From: Chiloscyllium plagiosum
Taxonomy: Eukaryota
Assembly (NCBI RefSeq): GCF_004010195.1
Contig: NC_057720.1
Coordinates: 34,449,453 to 34,510,408, forward strand
DNA length: 60,956 bases
Reading direction: 5' to 3'
Made by a program: the position numbers and the translations under genes. Under the pieces are notes generated by a model. The model made no database searches and was not told where the DNA came from. It was given only the letters and a program-made list of their open reading frames with translations. Below are positions 1-12,086 of this stretch, piece by piece (the first letter of the stretch is position 1; the number at the start of each line of letters is the position of its first letter).

Positions 1-2289
1 AACCCACCTGTTGGTGTTACTCTGCACTGAAAACCAGCTGTCTAGCAAATTAAACTAACCAATCCCGCTGCCATTTGACTAAAAGTTTACTTTTTTAAAA
101 GTTTAAACCAAAATCTTCCTGACTTTTCCTCATATCTATTCACCAACCTTTACATTCAGAAACATATTTAATTCCTATATAAAATTTACACTGACCAGGC
201 AGCTCTGTTCAAATTGCTTATGACAGAGTTGATGTGTAGAATCTTCATCTCTGTCCGTGACAGTATTGTATGTTTCAGTGGTAAAACTAGTTTGGTAATG
301 TGGATTGATTAGGTAAACAGCATAGTTTTCTAAACATGTCATGTCAAATTCATTCTTATCTTCGAACATTTACATTTCACAAATGCATTGGGGAATTGGC
401 CACACAATTTTGACATTTATCAGTCAATGGTTTAAACTTCATTATAAGATCCTAGAGTCAAACCCAGACAGGCTGATGTGATAATCACAGACATATGTCC
501 TAACCTTCTGCTGTAATGGTGACCAGGGTTTGCAAGCAAAGTCATGATCCAAATGAGAGACTACATACGAATGAGAATGAAGCTCAGGCCACAGGCCAAT
601 AAACTGTGGTGCAATTTTAGCCCTTTGTCCTTCACAAAATAGTGAATTGTGATTCTTGACATTTACTAATGATTTACTAATGTACAGTGCATTGCACTCA
701 AGGTTGAAATAGTAGTGATATAACCAAATTTATCAAAGCTAATGTTGCAATAACAGGTAATTCTATGTTTTCTGCTTGCTTGTTTCAAATCCCATAATTT
801 ATTAGAGATTTGAACACAGAAACGTCTCTTCTGATCAGTAGTTAGTATTCATTCAGCAAGAAACTTTTGTCTCTCCTCTCTGTGAATCTAACACTGATTG
901 TATTACAGCTGTATGAATTGTTACAAGAACGCAAGTCCTTGACAGCACTTTGCAGACTTACATAAGACCTGGCAGCGTTCACTATTTTTATGTAATAAAT
1001 GTTGTTTTAGAATTACAGAGCACACACACATACACAAAACAAAGAAATGAAAATATATACGTATAAAGGTTCTGTGACTGAGTCAAGTTGCTTAATGAGT
1101 TATTGAATATTAGAAATTTCAAATTAAGCTGGTCATTTCATATCTGCTATTGTTCACTGAGATCTTGTGGTTCACAGGGACAACTCAAATCTATTTTAAT
1201 TCTAATTAGGTATCTATTGGAAAGATCTCTAACCCAACTGTCTGGACCTTTTAGTAATATCTGCATCCTAACTATTTCAATTATATATGAAACCCCAGTT
1301 CCACAAATTAAGGAGCTGTGCTCCATTTCAAAGGCTGTGACTATTTTCTGATTTGGTGCAAGCTATGCATTTCAGTTTCTTATTGGAAGTGCAGACCTCA
1401 ATAGGAGTATCAACAGCTACATCAAGATTGAATTTACAAACATTTGGATTTTATGAATACTTTATAATGCCCTTTAATAACTTTTAAAATGCTTCCCCTT
1501 TAAAACCAGGCACTCATTGTTGGCTAAAATAATCTCAAAAAAGCTGCACATTGTTAGTTCAGAGAGTGACTGAATAAAAGATTTGGATAATAACTGTTAC
1601 AATGCTTGGAGCAATCCACCTTACAGCTTGAGTACTGAAAGCACTGAACCTCTCTAACTCGTAGACCATCAAGACCATAAGGCCAGATAATGTCATTAAA
1701 ATCCTAGAATTTTTCAGGTATGCAATGTTAATTGCAATGTGAATATTAGTTGTCGTTAATAATATTTCATATCTAAGAAATTGAAATAGACAAAGTTGTT
1801 GCGATTCATTGGCATTGAATTTGAAGGTAAATTGTTTTCCAATCCACTTCAATGTTATCGTCCACTTGTTTCCTGGAATAAAGTTTTTTATTCCAACCTT
1901 TGAGTCTCTCCTAATGACCAGCTCATTAATTCTTAACACTTCGAGCAGTATAGGGAAGAGGTGAGTCAACAAATTCCAAATAGCTTGAAAAATACTTACG
2001 CCCTTATTGTGTAAGAATAATCCCTTTCCCAGCAAGAAAAAAAATCTCTAACATTTCCACATAAGAAAAAATGAATGTCAACTGCAATGCATGCAATGCA
2101 GGGTGTGTTGCATCTTCCATGCTATCAACAAGTTTAAGTTCACTCAAGAACACAGCAGGAGTGACTCAGAAAGACTCACAACTGCAGGATACAAAGGAGA
2201 ATTTGACAGGAATCCCTTAGTACATTCAGATGAATGGAGCAGATAAAAGATTCCAGATTCTATCGTTCAAATTCAAAGAAGAAAGATGT

Positions 2290-2500
2290 TATAGCCCTAC
2301 ATGACCATACACTGAGCTCTCTTTTGAGAGACGAATGGTGGTAGTTTAGTGTAAGGGCCATGACAAAGGCCCAAGTGAGGGGAAAGGTGAAGATGGTGAA
2401 TCCGTCATAGTAACCTCAGTGAGGATATGAAGCCGATGCTTGTGATTATCACTCTGCATTACAAACCAGCTATGCAACTGACTGAGCTAACCAACCCGCT
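2290..2500 (-). mobile_element. Old tRNA-derived SINE, same family as 28975-29190
   Basis: The reverse complement starts GGTTAGCTCAGTCAGTTG (A-box-like head) and aligns by eye with 28975-29190 and 24740-24870. Confidence 0.6.
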
Positions 2501-3504
2501 GCATATAAATGTTACAATCAATTTTCCAAAAATTTGCTCCCAGAAATCACGCAAGTCTCCAGGTTCCTTTCCTGTCGGGGAATTTTGGAACCTTGTTAAA
2601 TGTTGGAATATTGACAGCAAATAAAGTCTTAGATTCTGGCTTTGTATAAAAGGATCTGATTGGGGACACCGGATATGCTTGTCTGGATTTAAGTGCACTT
2701 TTAAAATACTGCTTGAAATCAAAAGATCTACCAACTGCAATTCTCTCCTGACATACTTCGCCTCCTATGGCAAGGGCATGGAAAATCTTCAGCCCTATTA
2801 AAATCAGCCCAAAAAAACAGACATTTCATTAAACAATTCTTGATGCAAGAGGAAGTGGTCATATCTCCAGTGTGACATTTCATTACAGCTCATAGTTGTA
2901 CAGCATGTCTTTGATAAATATAAGTCATAAATACAAGGAACATTAATTTAGAACTGAAATAATTAGAAATATACAAACCCAGTTTGGACCAGATATACAA
3001 AGACTGCTTAAATTCTAGCTAGAATTATTCAAGGATTTTGCAGTTACTTTCTGACCTATTTTAACAACACTCTGCGGAGGCACATGGTAGCTTTACTCCT
3101 AAATGTCACCTTGTATCTGTAAAACCTTTTATGACTGTGATCTTTCTAACTTTCTTACCACTTACATCAGGAAGCTTTATCCAACAAAGACACCGTCAAA
3201 TTTTAGTTTTGTAATTTAAATGATATATCTTGGGATCCTAATGGAGGTTCATAAGATATGTTTTTCACAATGATGTCAAGACATTCATCATAGCTTTCCA
3301 CCAACAGTAATTAGTCTCTGGATTTCTCTTCCCCTGAGAGCAATAGAGGCATTATTATTGAATATTTTTAAGTCTAAGTGAAATAGATATTTAACTGGCA
3401 AGGGAGTCAATGTGTATTGCAGACAGACAAAAACTATCAAGTCACAATCAAATCAACTATGACCTTATGACAGAGCAGGCTCAAGGCGCTAAATGTCTTA
3501 CTGG

Positions 3505-3830
3505 TCCCTCCACACCAGCTTCATAATCAAAAAAGCCCAGCAGCATCTCTACTTGCTGTTAGTTGAGAAAGGCTCACCTCTCACCCCCCAAATTCACCAC
3601 ATTCTACAGAGGGTTCATTGAGAGTACCCTGAGCTGCTGCATCACTGCATAGTTTGGGAATTGCACTGTCTCAGAACTAAGGACCCTACAACAGATAGTG
3701 AGGACAGCTGAAAGGATCATCAGGGAATCTCTTCCCTCCATTACAGACACTTACACCACACGCTGCTTCCGAAAGGCTAACAGCATTGTGGACGACCCCA
3801 GACAGCTCTCATTCAAACTCTTCTCCTTGA
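3505..3830 (+). mobile_element. Rex1/Babar-type LINE, ORF2 C-terminal fragment
   Basis: Translates to LQQIVRTAERIIRESLPSITDTYTTRCFRKANSIVDDP, typical of the Rex-Babar C-terminus. Confidence 0.75.
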
Positions 3831-5171
3831 ATCCAATAGTTAATGCAGTGGAACATTTGTCTTTTCTTCGTGCTATTGAGGCCTCCCTATTTTGTGGTCC
3901 GAAAATCACGCTTTCCTAAAGACTTAATTTTTAAAATACACAGAGGCTGGTGTTTTGCGATTTGCTTGATGTTTCAGCCAATAGTTACATAACCAACCTT
4001 GCATGTTTACAGTTGGCTTTTGTGGATTGACTGTAAACAAGTTTGGTAAAGTCACAATTCTAATTTAAACAAATAGTTTGATTTATAATTCAATCATTAT
4101 TATCTTCTGTTTCAATTAATTCCATAAAACGAATTGACTCTTACTTTTAGACTGTTCCTTCAAGACATTCACTTCCTTTTTATTCAGGTTCTGCCATGTC
4201 TACTTGGCTTAAGATATTCTCACAATTCTAATCCATGTAGAGATGCATGTTAAATGCAAGATAAATCACAAGTGTATCTCTCCTCAATACCAAACACCAA
4301 AAGCTCTTAGCAAAATCATGGTCAATGGAGAGCAAATGCAAACACTTCTGGTGACTGCTCACAAAATGATGGTCAAAGCTGTATGAGGCTGATTATTGCA
4401 TACCATCAGTGCTAAAAGTAGTATATGGGGGATAAAATATATTTTCTGGTATATCAGCCATGATGTTCAAATGTAACATGAGTGAGGGTAAAGGATGGCT
4501 CACAGATGTTTATCCTCAACTACACAACATGCAAAGCAGATTATCAAAACATTGACAATGAATGTATCTCATTGGCATATTCTCATTCACTGCTTGGCTT
4601 GACTGTTGCTGCCAGTATGAAGCTGATACTTTAGCTTGATTGTCTCATGTTGTTTTCTAAAGGAAGGAAAAGATTTTTGGAAGCTGGTGGCCGTGGGAAG
4701 TGAGGCAGAGAGGAATGCAATTTTACACTTTGGGTGATGTATCAATTTGCTAACACTGTCTCATGATCAATTCATTTACAGGAAGGTTGGATCAGACACA
4801 AAACACTAACCACAAGCCATGAGTGCCTTAGTTAGGAAAGCAATTAAGGCCAATCATCAAAGGCCAACTGAAAATGAGCTCTTCAGGCTGTTTGATGTAT
4901 GATAAATGTCTGGACAAGCTCCCAGAATTTCCACCTAGCTATAGCCATGACTACAAAGGCTACACCAAATGCTAAAAGCTGTGGCCCTTTTAAAATTCAA
5001 AGCTTTCAATTTGAATGTATGTTTGCACACGGCAGTGTATTTCCTAATAGCTTAATGTTTTGGTCAGAATTCATTACTAACTTTGCTTGTGACTTGGTCA
5101 AATTCATAGTTGGCTTTCTATGAACTGACAATGAGCACAATATTAGATTAAGTGTCAAATTTTAATTTTAA

Positions 5172-5515
5172 GGGTGGCACGGTGGCTCAGTGGTTAACAC
5201 TGCTGCCTCACAGCACCAGGAACCTGGGTTTGAGTCCAGCCTCAGGTGACTGTGCAAACTCCACACAGACACTCTCCCCATATCTGTGTGGGTTCCCTCC
5301 GGGTGCTCCGGTTTCCTCCTACAATCCAAAGATGTGCAGGTTAGGTGAATTGGACATGCTAAATTGCCCATAGTGTTCTGGGATGTAGGCTAGATGCATT
5401 AGTCAGGGGAAACGTAGACCAATAGCGGTTTGTGTCTGGGTGAGATGTTGTTTGGAGGGTCGGTGTGGACTTATTGGGCCAAAGGGCTTGTTTACACACT
5501 GTAAGCATTCTATGA
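5172..5515 (+). mobile_element. HE1-like V-SINE, older subfamily
   Basis: tRNA head (TGGCTCAGTGG ... GGTTTGAGTCC), V-domain GTGGGTTCCCTCCGGGTGCTCCGGTTTCCTCC, and a CR1-like tail. Confidence 0.9.
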
Positions 5516-5838
5516 ATCATCCTGGGGTATTGCAATCAAAGTTTCCTAGGACAGCACATTTGCTTCATTAAGAACTTTCCTTCTGTCATAAGGCCAGGAC
5601 TTGCTCTGTTCATTGATGATTCTACAACATTCACTTCCAGTCATCCCAATGAAACAGAAAGCAGGTTGCAATAGAACTTAAAATACATCAACACTTCAGT
5701 TGAGAAGTAGGAGGTAGCATTTGTGGTTCCCAATTGGTTGGTAACAATCACCTTGAACAGTAGAAAACCCAAACGTTTCTCTTACAACCTCATTACAGAG
5801 TGTGCCACCACTGACATCCTTGGGGGCACAATTAACCA

Positions 5839-6083
5839 TTGCACATTCTCCCCCGTGTCTGCGTGGGTTTCCTCCGGGTGCTCCAGTTTCCTCCCACAGT
5901 CCAAAGATGTGCAGGTCAGGTGAATTGGCCATGCTAAATTGCCCGTAGTGTTAGGTAAGGGGTAAATGTAGGGGTATGGGTGGGTTGCGCTTCGACGGGG
6001 CGGTGTGGACTTGTTGGGCCGAAGGGCCTGTTTCCACACTGTAAGTAATCTAATCTAATCTAATCTAATCTAATCTAATCTAA
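5839..6083 (+). mobile_element. HE1-like V-SINE, 5'-truncated young copy with (TAATC)n tail
   Basis: Nearly identical to the copies at 11.8, 30.2 and 60.3 kb; ends in about 7 TAATC units. Confidence 0.92.
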
Positions 6084-7099
6084 CCAGACATTCAATTAAT
6101 TCAGTCAGTGTTTCACAATATGATCCCTCAATCTGAAATGGGAAGGTGCAGTGGTTGCCTGCATTGGTGTTGTTCCAATAGCAATTAGAAAGCTCAACAT
6201 CAAATAAGTCTGTTTAATTTGTCAGTGAAATCAATACCCACCTCCTCACTACCAGCACAATGGAGTTATAGGATGTACTATACACAGGATGTGCTCCTAA
6301 GCTCATTTTGATTACTTTAACAGCAATTTCCAACACAGGAAACACAGGAATATGAACAAAACACAATTCCCTTTTGTTTGCATCTTGATCAATTCATGCA
6401 ACCTCCAAGGAAAATTTGGGTCACAGTGTTTTCATATCAATCCAGTTACTAATGGCTGTTTCATTCAGTTTTATGTATCTTACAGGCTCTAACTAATATA
6501 CTCTTACAAACAACTAATTCTCCATTTATTTTTCTCATTTTTGACCTTCCTTATTATTTCCATTTGAATATATCTGCGAGCGCATGTCCCAAATTTATTT
6601 CTCATTCAAATACTGATGACTTTTTTATCTGCAATGATTTTATTTCATTTGTCCAACATTTAGTTTCTTTATTTTACAATCTCGGTTATTCTGCATCTAT
6701 TTTTGGTGGAACAAACAACACAGTTTCATGGGACTTTGTTATAAACTTTCCATGATTGGTTCATCGGTTTTCCCTTTTCCTCCCTCTGATCAAGCATTCC
6801 AGTACATCATGAAAAACCTTATTTAAGTATTGATCAAAAACAGACACATTTTGTTAAAGCTTGCATTCATCAGAACAATTCCACAAGAATACCAATATGA
6901 AGAGAAATCAACATTTATCCTGTATGAAAGACGAGTCTTGACTAGTTAGCAAGTGAACTTTGATTGGTTGAGGTGTCGCCATGGACAATCCACCAGTTTA
7001 TGACAGTTGACGGTTAACTTCCAAGTTTTATCTAATTTTAAACCAGGCAGGTTGCATCTGACTGGTTAAGGCATTATCCTGAGGAATGAGCTCACATAT

Positions 7100-7215
7100 G
7101 CCTGATGAAGAGTCACTGGACTTGAAACATTAACTCTGCTCCCTTCCCACAGATGCTGCTGAGTTTCTCCATCAATTTCTGTTTTTGTTTCAGATCTCTG
7201 GTATCTGAGGTTTTT
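7100..7215 (+). mobile_element. Penelope-derived terminal repeat (short family) with degenerate hammerhead core
   Basis: CTGATGA-A-GAGTCACTGGACTT-GAAAC-ATT at 7102-7131, followed by the CAGATGCTGC ... TTTCAGAT tail also seen at 16.5, 19.5, 28.3 and 40.5 kb. Confidence 0.65.
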
Positions 7216-7739
7216 ATGTTATTATACCTGTCACCTATTTTGTTAAGTGGGAACAGGTGCCCTGTCCTTTCAAGTTCTTTCTGTCTGCAAAGAATAGGAC
7301 CCTATGTATTAATATATGGAGTTCCAAACTCCTTTCAGAAGCCCGTTTCCATTCAGTAAATCAAGCACTGTCATTTTGCAGCCTACAAGTTTCAGTCCAA
7401 ATATAAATTTTTGGACTGATCATTTTGCCAACATTCTCCCAAAAGCAGTTTTATGAACATTATACACACTTATTTCACAGGGTCAGGGCCAATGGCCTCT
7501 AGGTAACTAATAATCCTATACATCATCCTGAGTGTTGAGCCACATTTCACTGCTCAAAGTATTTCATAGTGATGAAAGACCAGCACTACATGCTGCATAA
7601 GGAGTGGAATTTCTCTAATCTTTACAAAGCACATGACAACCAGGGATGTAAGACATTTGTCCCTGTCTTTACGCTCAGTTGAAAATCATTATAACTATGT
7701 GGAATGGTAAACTGAGTGAATTAAGGTGTATTGATCTCC

Positions 7740-8100
7740 ACAAGAGGTATATAAAATTACAACAGGCATAGACAGAGTGAATCGTTGGAGTCATTTCCCA
7801 GGGTGGTAATCTCAAATACTAAGGGTCATAAACTTAATCTGAGAGGGGGAAGGTTTAAAGGAGATGTGCGAAAGAAGTTTTTTTACACAGAGGGTGGCAG
7901 ATGCCTGCCAGGCGAGGTGGTTGAAGCATTTATGTTAGCAAAGTTTAAGAGGCATTTAGACAGACACATGAACAGACAGGGAATTGGGGGATAAAGACGA
8001 TGTACAGGCAGATGGATTTAGTTTAGAATGGCATCATGGTTGGCAAAAACACGATCCGTTGAAGAGACTGTTCCTGTGTGATATTGTTCTTTGTTCTATG
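7740..8100 (+). mobile_element. CR1 LINE 3' fragment
   Basis: KGHKLNLRGGRFKGDVRKKFF ... LPGEVVEA ... FKRHLDRHM, the CR1 ORF2 C-terminus plus 3' UTR. Confidence 0.85.
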
Positions 8101-8754
8101 ATACACACAGGAATCTATTTCCTGATTAAGGTGTCTGACAGACAAATATCCCTAACAATAGAAGTAACAATATAAAATTGCACCTGTGGTTCAAAATTTT
8201 GTTTGGCCCCAACATCACTTTAAATATGTTATTATAAATTGGGTGTTAAAAATAGAATCAGCCATACAAAGACTCCACCAAAATATGATTTAGAATTAAT
8301 ACGAACACAATGAACTGGTAACATTTTACTTCCTTATTTTGACATTATTTGCAACAAATAACTTATTAAAGATGTCCAAGAGTGAAATGCTCTACTTTAA
8401 GAGGGTAATTTGATCATTATTAGTTTTCAAGACTTGACAGTTGTTGATGAACAAGAGGTAGAAATCTTGCTAAATAAAGCCCATCTAGCCTGAGGATGCT
8501 GTCTCCTCAAGTACCAAGCCAGGTGCAGAAAACTGTAAACCTTTAATAAGCAAGACCTAAAAAAAAATACAATTTACCTTACATAACTAGACATTTACCA
8601 CACTGGAATAAAAGCCTCTTAGCATGTAAGGATTTGACTTAAGAACTTATCCATCTAGAAACAATGTTAAGATTCAAGATTAAATGGGATAGATGAATAA
8701 AGCAGAGAGCAGAGTGGGCAAATGTGACTATTTTCTCACATAGAGGTGAGCATG

Positions 8755-9085
8755 AGGAAGTGCTATGTTGGTAATGTCATTGGCTTAGTAATCCAAAATT
8801 TTCAAGGGACATGGGTTCAAATCCCACCACTGCAGCTGATGAAACTTGAATTCAATAAAACAAAGGAGGCTGGTAAAAAGTAAGCTAGCCTAATGGCAAC
8901 CACATGACTACAACTAATTTTCATAAAAATCCATCTTGTTCATAAATTTTCTTTAGAGGACAAAATCTGCAATCCTTACCTGAATAGTCGACAACGATCT
9001 ATTTGACTCTTAACTGCCCCTCTGTACAATTATAGATGGACTATAAATGATGGGCTGAACCAACAATGTCGACATGTCTGAACAA
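8755..9085 (+). mobile_element. tRNA-derived SINE with a tail shared with the old LINE at 26.9-27.4 kb
   Basis: B-box GGTTCAAATCC at about 8814 and the GACTCTTAACTGCCC motif shared with minus-strand copies at 29.5 and 31.6 kb. Confidence 0.65.
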
Positions 9086-9099
9086 ATATTTCATAGTGC

Positions 9100-9745
9100 A
9101 ACATTCCTTGAAAGTGAAGTCGCAGGTATACAAAGTGATGAAGAAGGTGTTTGGTATGCGAGGCTTCATTCATCAGAACAATGAATGTTGAGTATCGTTG
9201 TGGCTGTACTGGACATTAGTGAGGCCACTTTTAAAAAAGCCACATATAATTCTGGTCACCTTTCCAAAGGAATGATGTTGTTAAGCTTGAGATGCTGCAG
9301 AAAAGATTTACAAGGCTGGTGCTGGGATTGAAGGGTTTGAATCATATGGAGAGACTGAAGAGGCTGGGTTTTTTTTCTCTGGAGTTTTTGAGGCTGAGGG
9401 GTGATTTTATAGTAGCTTGTAAAATCATGTGGGGCATGGATAAGGTGAAAAGCCAAGAGGGCATCGGTTTAAGAAGGGCAAGATTTAAAAAGGACCTGAA
9501 GGGTAACCTTTTCCCACATAGGGTTGTGCGTATATGCAATGAGCTCCCAAAGGAAGTGGTGGAGGCTGGTACAATTACAACATTTAAAAAGCATCTGGAC
9601 GGGTACTTGAATAGGAAGGGTTTTGAGGGATAAGGGCCAAATGCTGACAAATGGGACTAGGCCAGATTGGGATGTCTATTTTGTACGGATGAGTTGGATC
9701 AAAGGGTCTGTTTCCATGCTGCAGTCTCTATGACTCTATAACTCT
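9100..9745 (+). mobile_element. CR1 LINE 3' fragment
   Basis: LQKRFTRLV ... ERLKRLGFFSLE ... RLRGDFI ... FKKHLDGYLNRKG, ending in an (ACTCTAT)-type tail. Confidence 0.9.
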
Positions 9746-10339
9746 AAATAAATCACTGCCACAATGGGTTGAATGGTCTATATCACATTTTAATTTCTAT
9801 GTACAAAGTTTTGAACCAAAATTCCAATCTTGAGTCTATAGAAATTTCAGCTTCAAACCAATAAAGAGAGGTTGAAGTAATATTGATCAACTGCTAATTA
9901 GGTTTAAATTAGCGAGAGATCCTTTACTGTGCTAAAATACCACATCAAGTGCCAAAAATGAATATAATAATGCAATATGCTTCTGAAGGTGCCAAATTGA
10001 GATTCAGTCCAACAAAGATTAACTATACAAGTCTCAGGACGTAACAATTTATATTTGGTATGAATGTAAACTTTTACTTAGATAAGTGACACTTTGATCT
10101 GAATCTCCTTCCATTGGTAGGTTTGGGATAGGCCAGTCCTAACAGGCAATGTGCGACTGAAGATAATGCACTCCTAATATCCTTAACAGCCACATGTAAA
10201 GAGGTTCACAAGCTTGAAGATTGCTCCTTCTCAATGTACTGGTACCAGGAGAGAAACAAATTAAAGACTGCAATCAGTTAATGAATCTTCCCAATATAAT
10301 GACAGAAGATGCAACAACCTTCACAACTACTTGAGTATG

Positions 10340-11480
10340 GAGAAAGTGAGGACTGCAGATGCTGGAGATCAAAGCTGAAAATGTGTTGCTGGAAAAGCGC
10401 AGCAGGTCAGGCAGCATCCAAGGAACAGGAGAAGGGCATGAGCCCTTCTTCAGGAATGAGGAAAGTGTGCCAAGCAGGCTAAGATAAAAGGTAGGGAGGA
10501 GGGACTTGGAGGAGAGGCGTTGGAAATGCGATAGGTGGAAGGAGGTTAGGGTGAGGGTGATAGGCCGGAGTGGGGGAGGAGAGGTCAGGAAGAAGATTGC
10601 AGTTTAGGAAGGTGGTGCTGAGTTCGAGAGTTAGGACTGAGACAAGGTGGGGGGAGTGGAAATGAGGAAACTGGAGAAGTCTGAGTTCATCCCTTGGGTT
10701 GGAGGGTTCCTAGGCGGAAGATGAGGCGCTCTTCCTCCAACCGTCGTGTTGCTATGGTCTGGTGATGGAGGAGTCCAAGGACCTGCATGTTCTTGGTGGT
10801 GGAGTGGGAGGGGGAGTTGAAGTGTTGAGCCACGGGGTGGTTGGGTTGGTTGGTCCGGGTGTCCCAGAGGTGTTCTCTGAAATGTTCCGCAAGTAGGCGG
10901 CCTGTCTCCCCAATATAAAGGAGGCCACATCGGGTGCAGCGAATGCAGTAAATGATATGCGTGGAGGTGCAGGTGAATTTGTGGCGGATATGGAAGGATC
11001 CCTTGGNNNNNNNNNNNNNNNNNNNNNNNNNNNNNNNNNNNNNNNNNNNNNNNNNNNNNNNNNNNNNNNNNNNNNNNNNNNNNNNNNNNNNNNNNTTCCT
11101 CCAAGGCCCCAAAGGAAACTTCCATATCCGCCACAGATTCACCTGTACCTTCACACATATCATCTATTGCATCCTTTGGCCCCAAAGGAAACTTCCATAT
11201 CCGCCACAGATTCACCTGCACCTCCACACACATCATCTATTGCATCCGCTGCACCCGATGTGGCCTCCTCTATATTGGGGAGACAGGCCGCCTACTTGCG
11301 GAACGTTTCAGAGAACACCTCTGGGACACCCGGACCAACCAACCCAACCACCCCGTGGCTCAACTCCCCCTCCCACTCCACCAAGGACATGCAGGCCTTG
11401 GACTCCTCCATCGCCAGACCAAAGCAACACGATGGCTGGAGGAAGAGGGCCTCATCTTCCGCCTAGGAACCCTCCAACCA
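10340..11480. mobile_element. Penelope-like element: two inverted GIY-YIG endonuclease/pLTR arms flanking an N gap
   Basis: Minus arm encodes STHIIYCIRCTRCGLLYIGETGR ... VAQHFNSPSH ... EERLIFRLGTLQP. The plus arm 11096-11480 carries the same sequence in the opposite orientation. Confidence 0.9.
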
Positions 11481-11792
11481 AAACTTCAGTAATGCCTGAT
11501 GCTTGACGTCTAGCAATCTAGGCTCTTCAACATTTTCAACCTAACCTCTTCCATATCTTCATCCTCATCCTCTTTCAAATACCCAAGTAAAATTATTCCA
11601 TTTGAATAATATATAATGGGAAGTCCAAGTTGTATATTGAACATAGATCGGTTCAACTAGCTGCAAATGAGCTCAATTCAAATCTCAATTAATAAAAAGG
11701 CCATTATCCAGGCAAAGAAACACCAAAAATTAGAAACAGACGGAATGTATTTAACTGTGTTGTACATTGTAAAATGCAAGTAACAATAAATT

Positions 11793-12086
11793 GTGGCCCA
11801 GTGGTTAGCACTGCTGCCTCACAGCGCCAGAGACCCAGGTTCAATTCCCGCCTCAGGCGACTGACTGTGTGGAGTTTGCACGTTCTCCCCGTGTCGGCGT
11901 GGGTTTCCTCCGGGTGCTCCGGTTTCCTCCCACAGTCCAAAGATGTGCAGGTCAGGTAAATTGGCCATGCTAAATTGCCCATAGTGTTAGGTAAGGGGTA
12001 AATGTAGGGGTATGGATGGGTTGCGCTTCGGCGGGTCCGTGTGGACTTGTTGGGCCGAAGGGCCTGTTTCCACACTGTAATCTAAC
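11793..12086 (+). mobile_element. HE1-like V-SINE, young
   Basis: A/B boxes, V-domain and TAATCTAA tail. Confidence 0.93.

Noticed and set aside
1559..2035. 158-aa minus-strand ORF
   Set aside because: Non-ATG start, AT-rich composition, no recognisable motif and no convincing splice pair.
5172..5250. tRNA-like A/B boxes here and in other SINE heads
   Set aside because: They continue into V-domain or SINE bodies, so they are not tRNA genes.
5782..6039. Recurrent ORF WKQALRPNKST... (also 11704, 29957, 60291) that looks like a gene family
   Set aside because: It is the antisense translation of HE1 SINE copies.
6046..6083. (TAATC)n array as a CRISPR- or telomere-like repeat
   Set aside because: It is a simple SINE tail with no spacers. 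No CRISPR array is present in the window.
11106..11250. ~73-bp tandem duplication in the Penelope arm
   Set aside because: It abuts an N gap and cannot be distinguished from an assembly artefact without reads.
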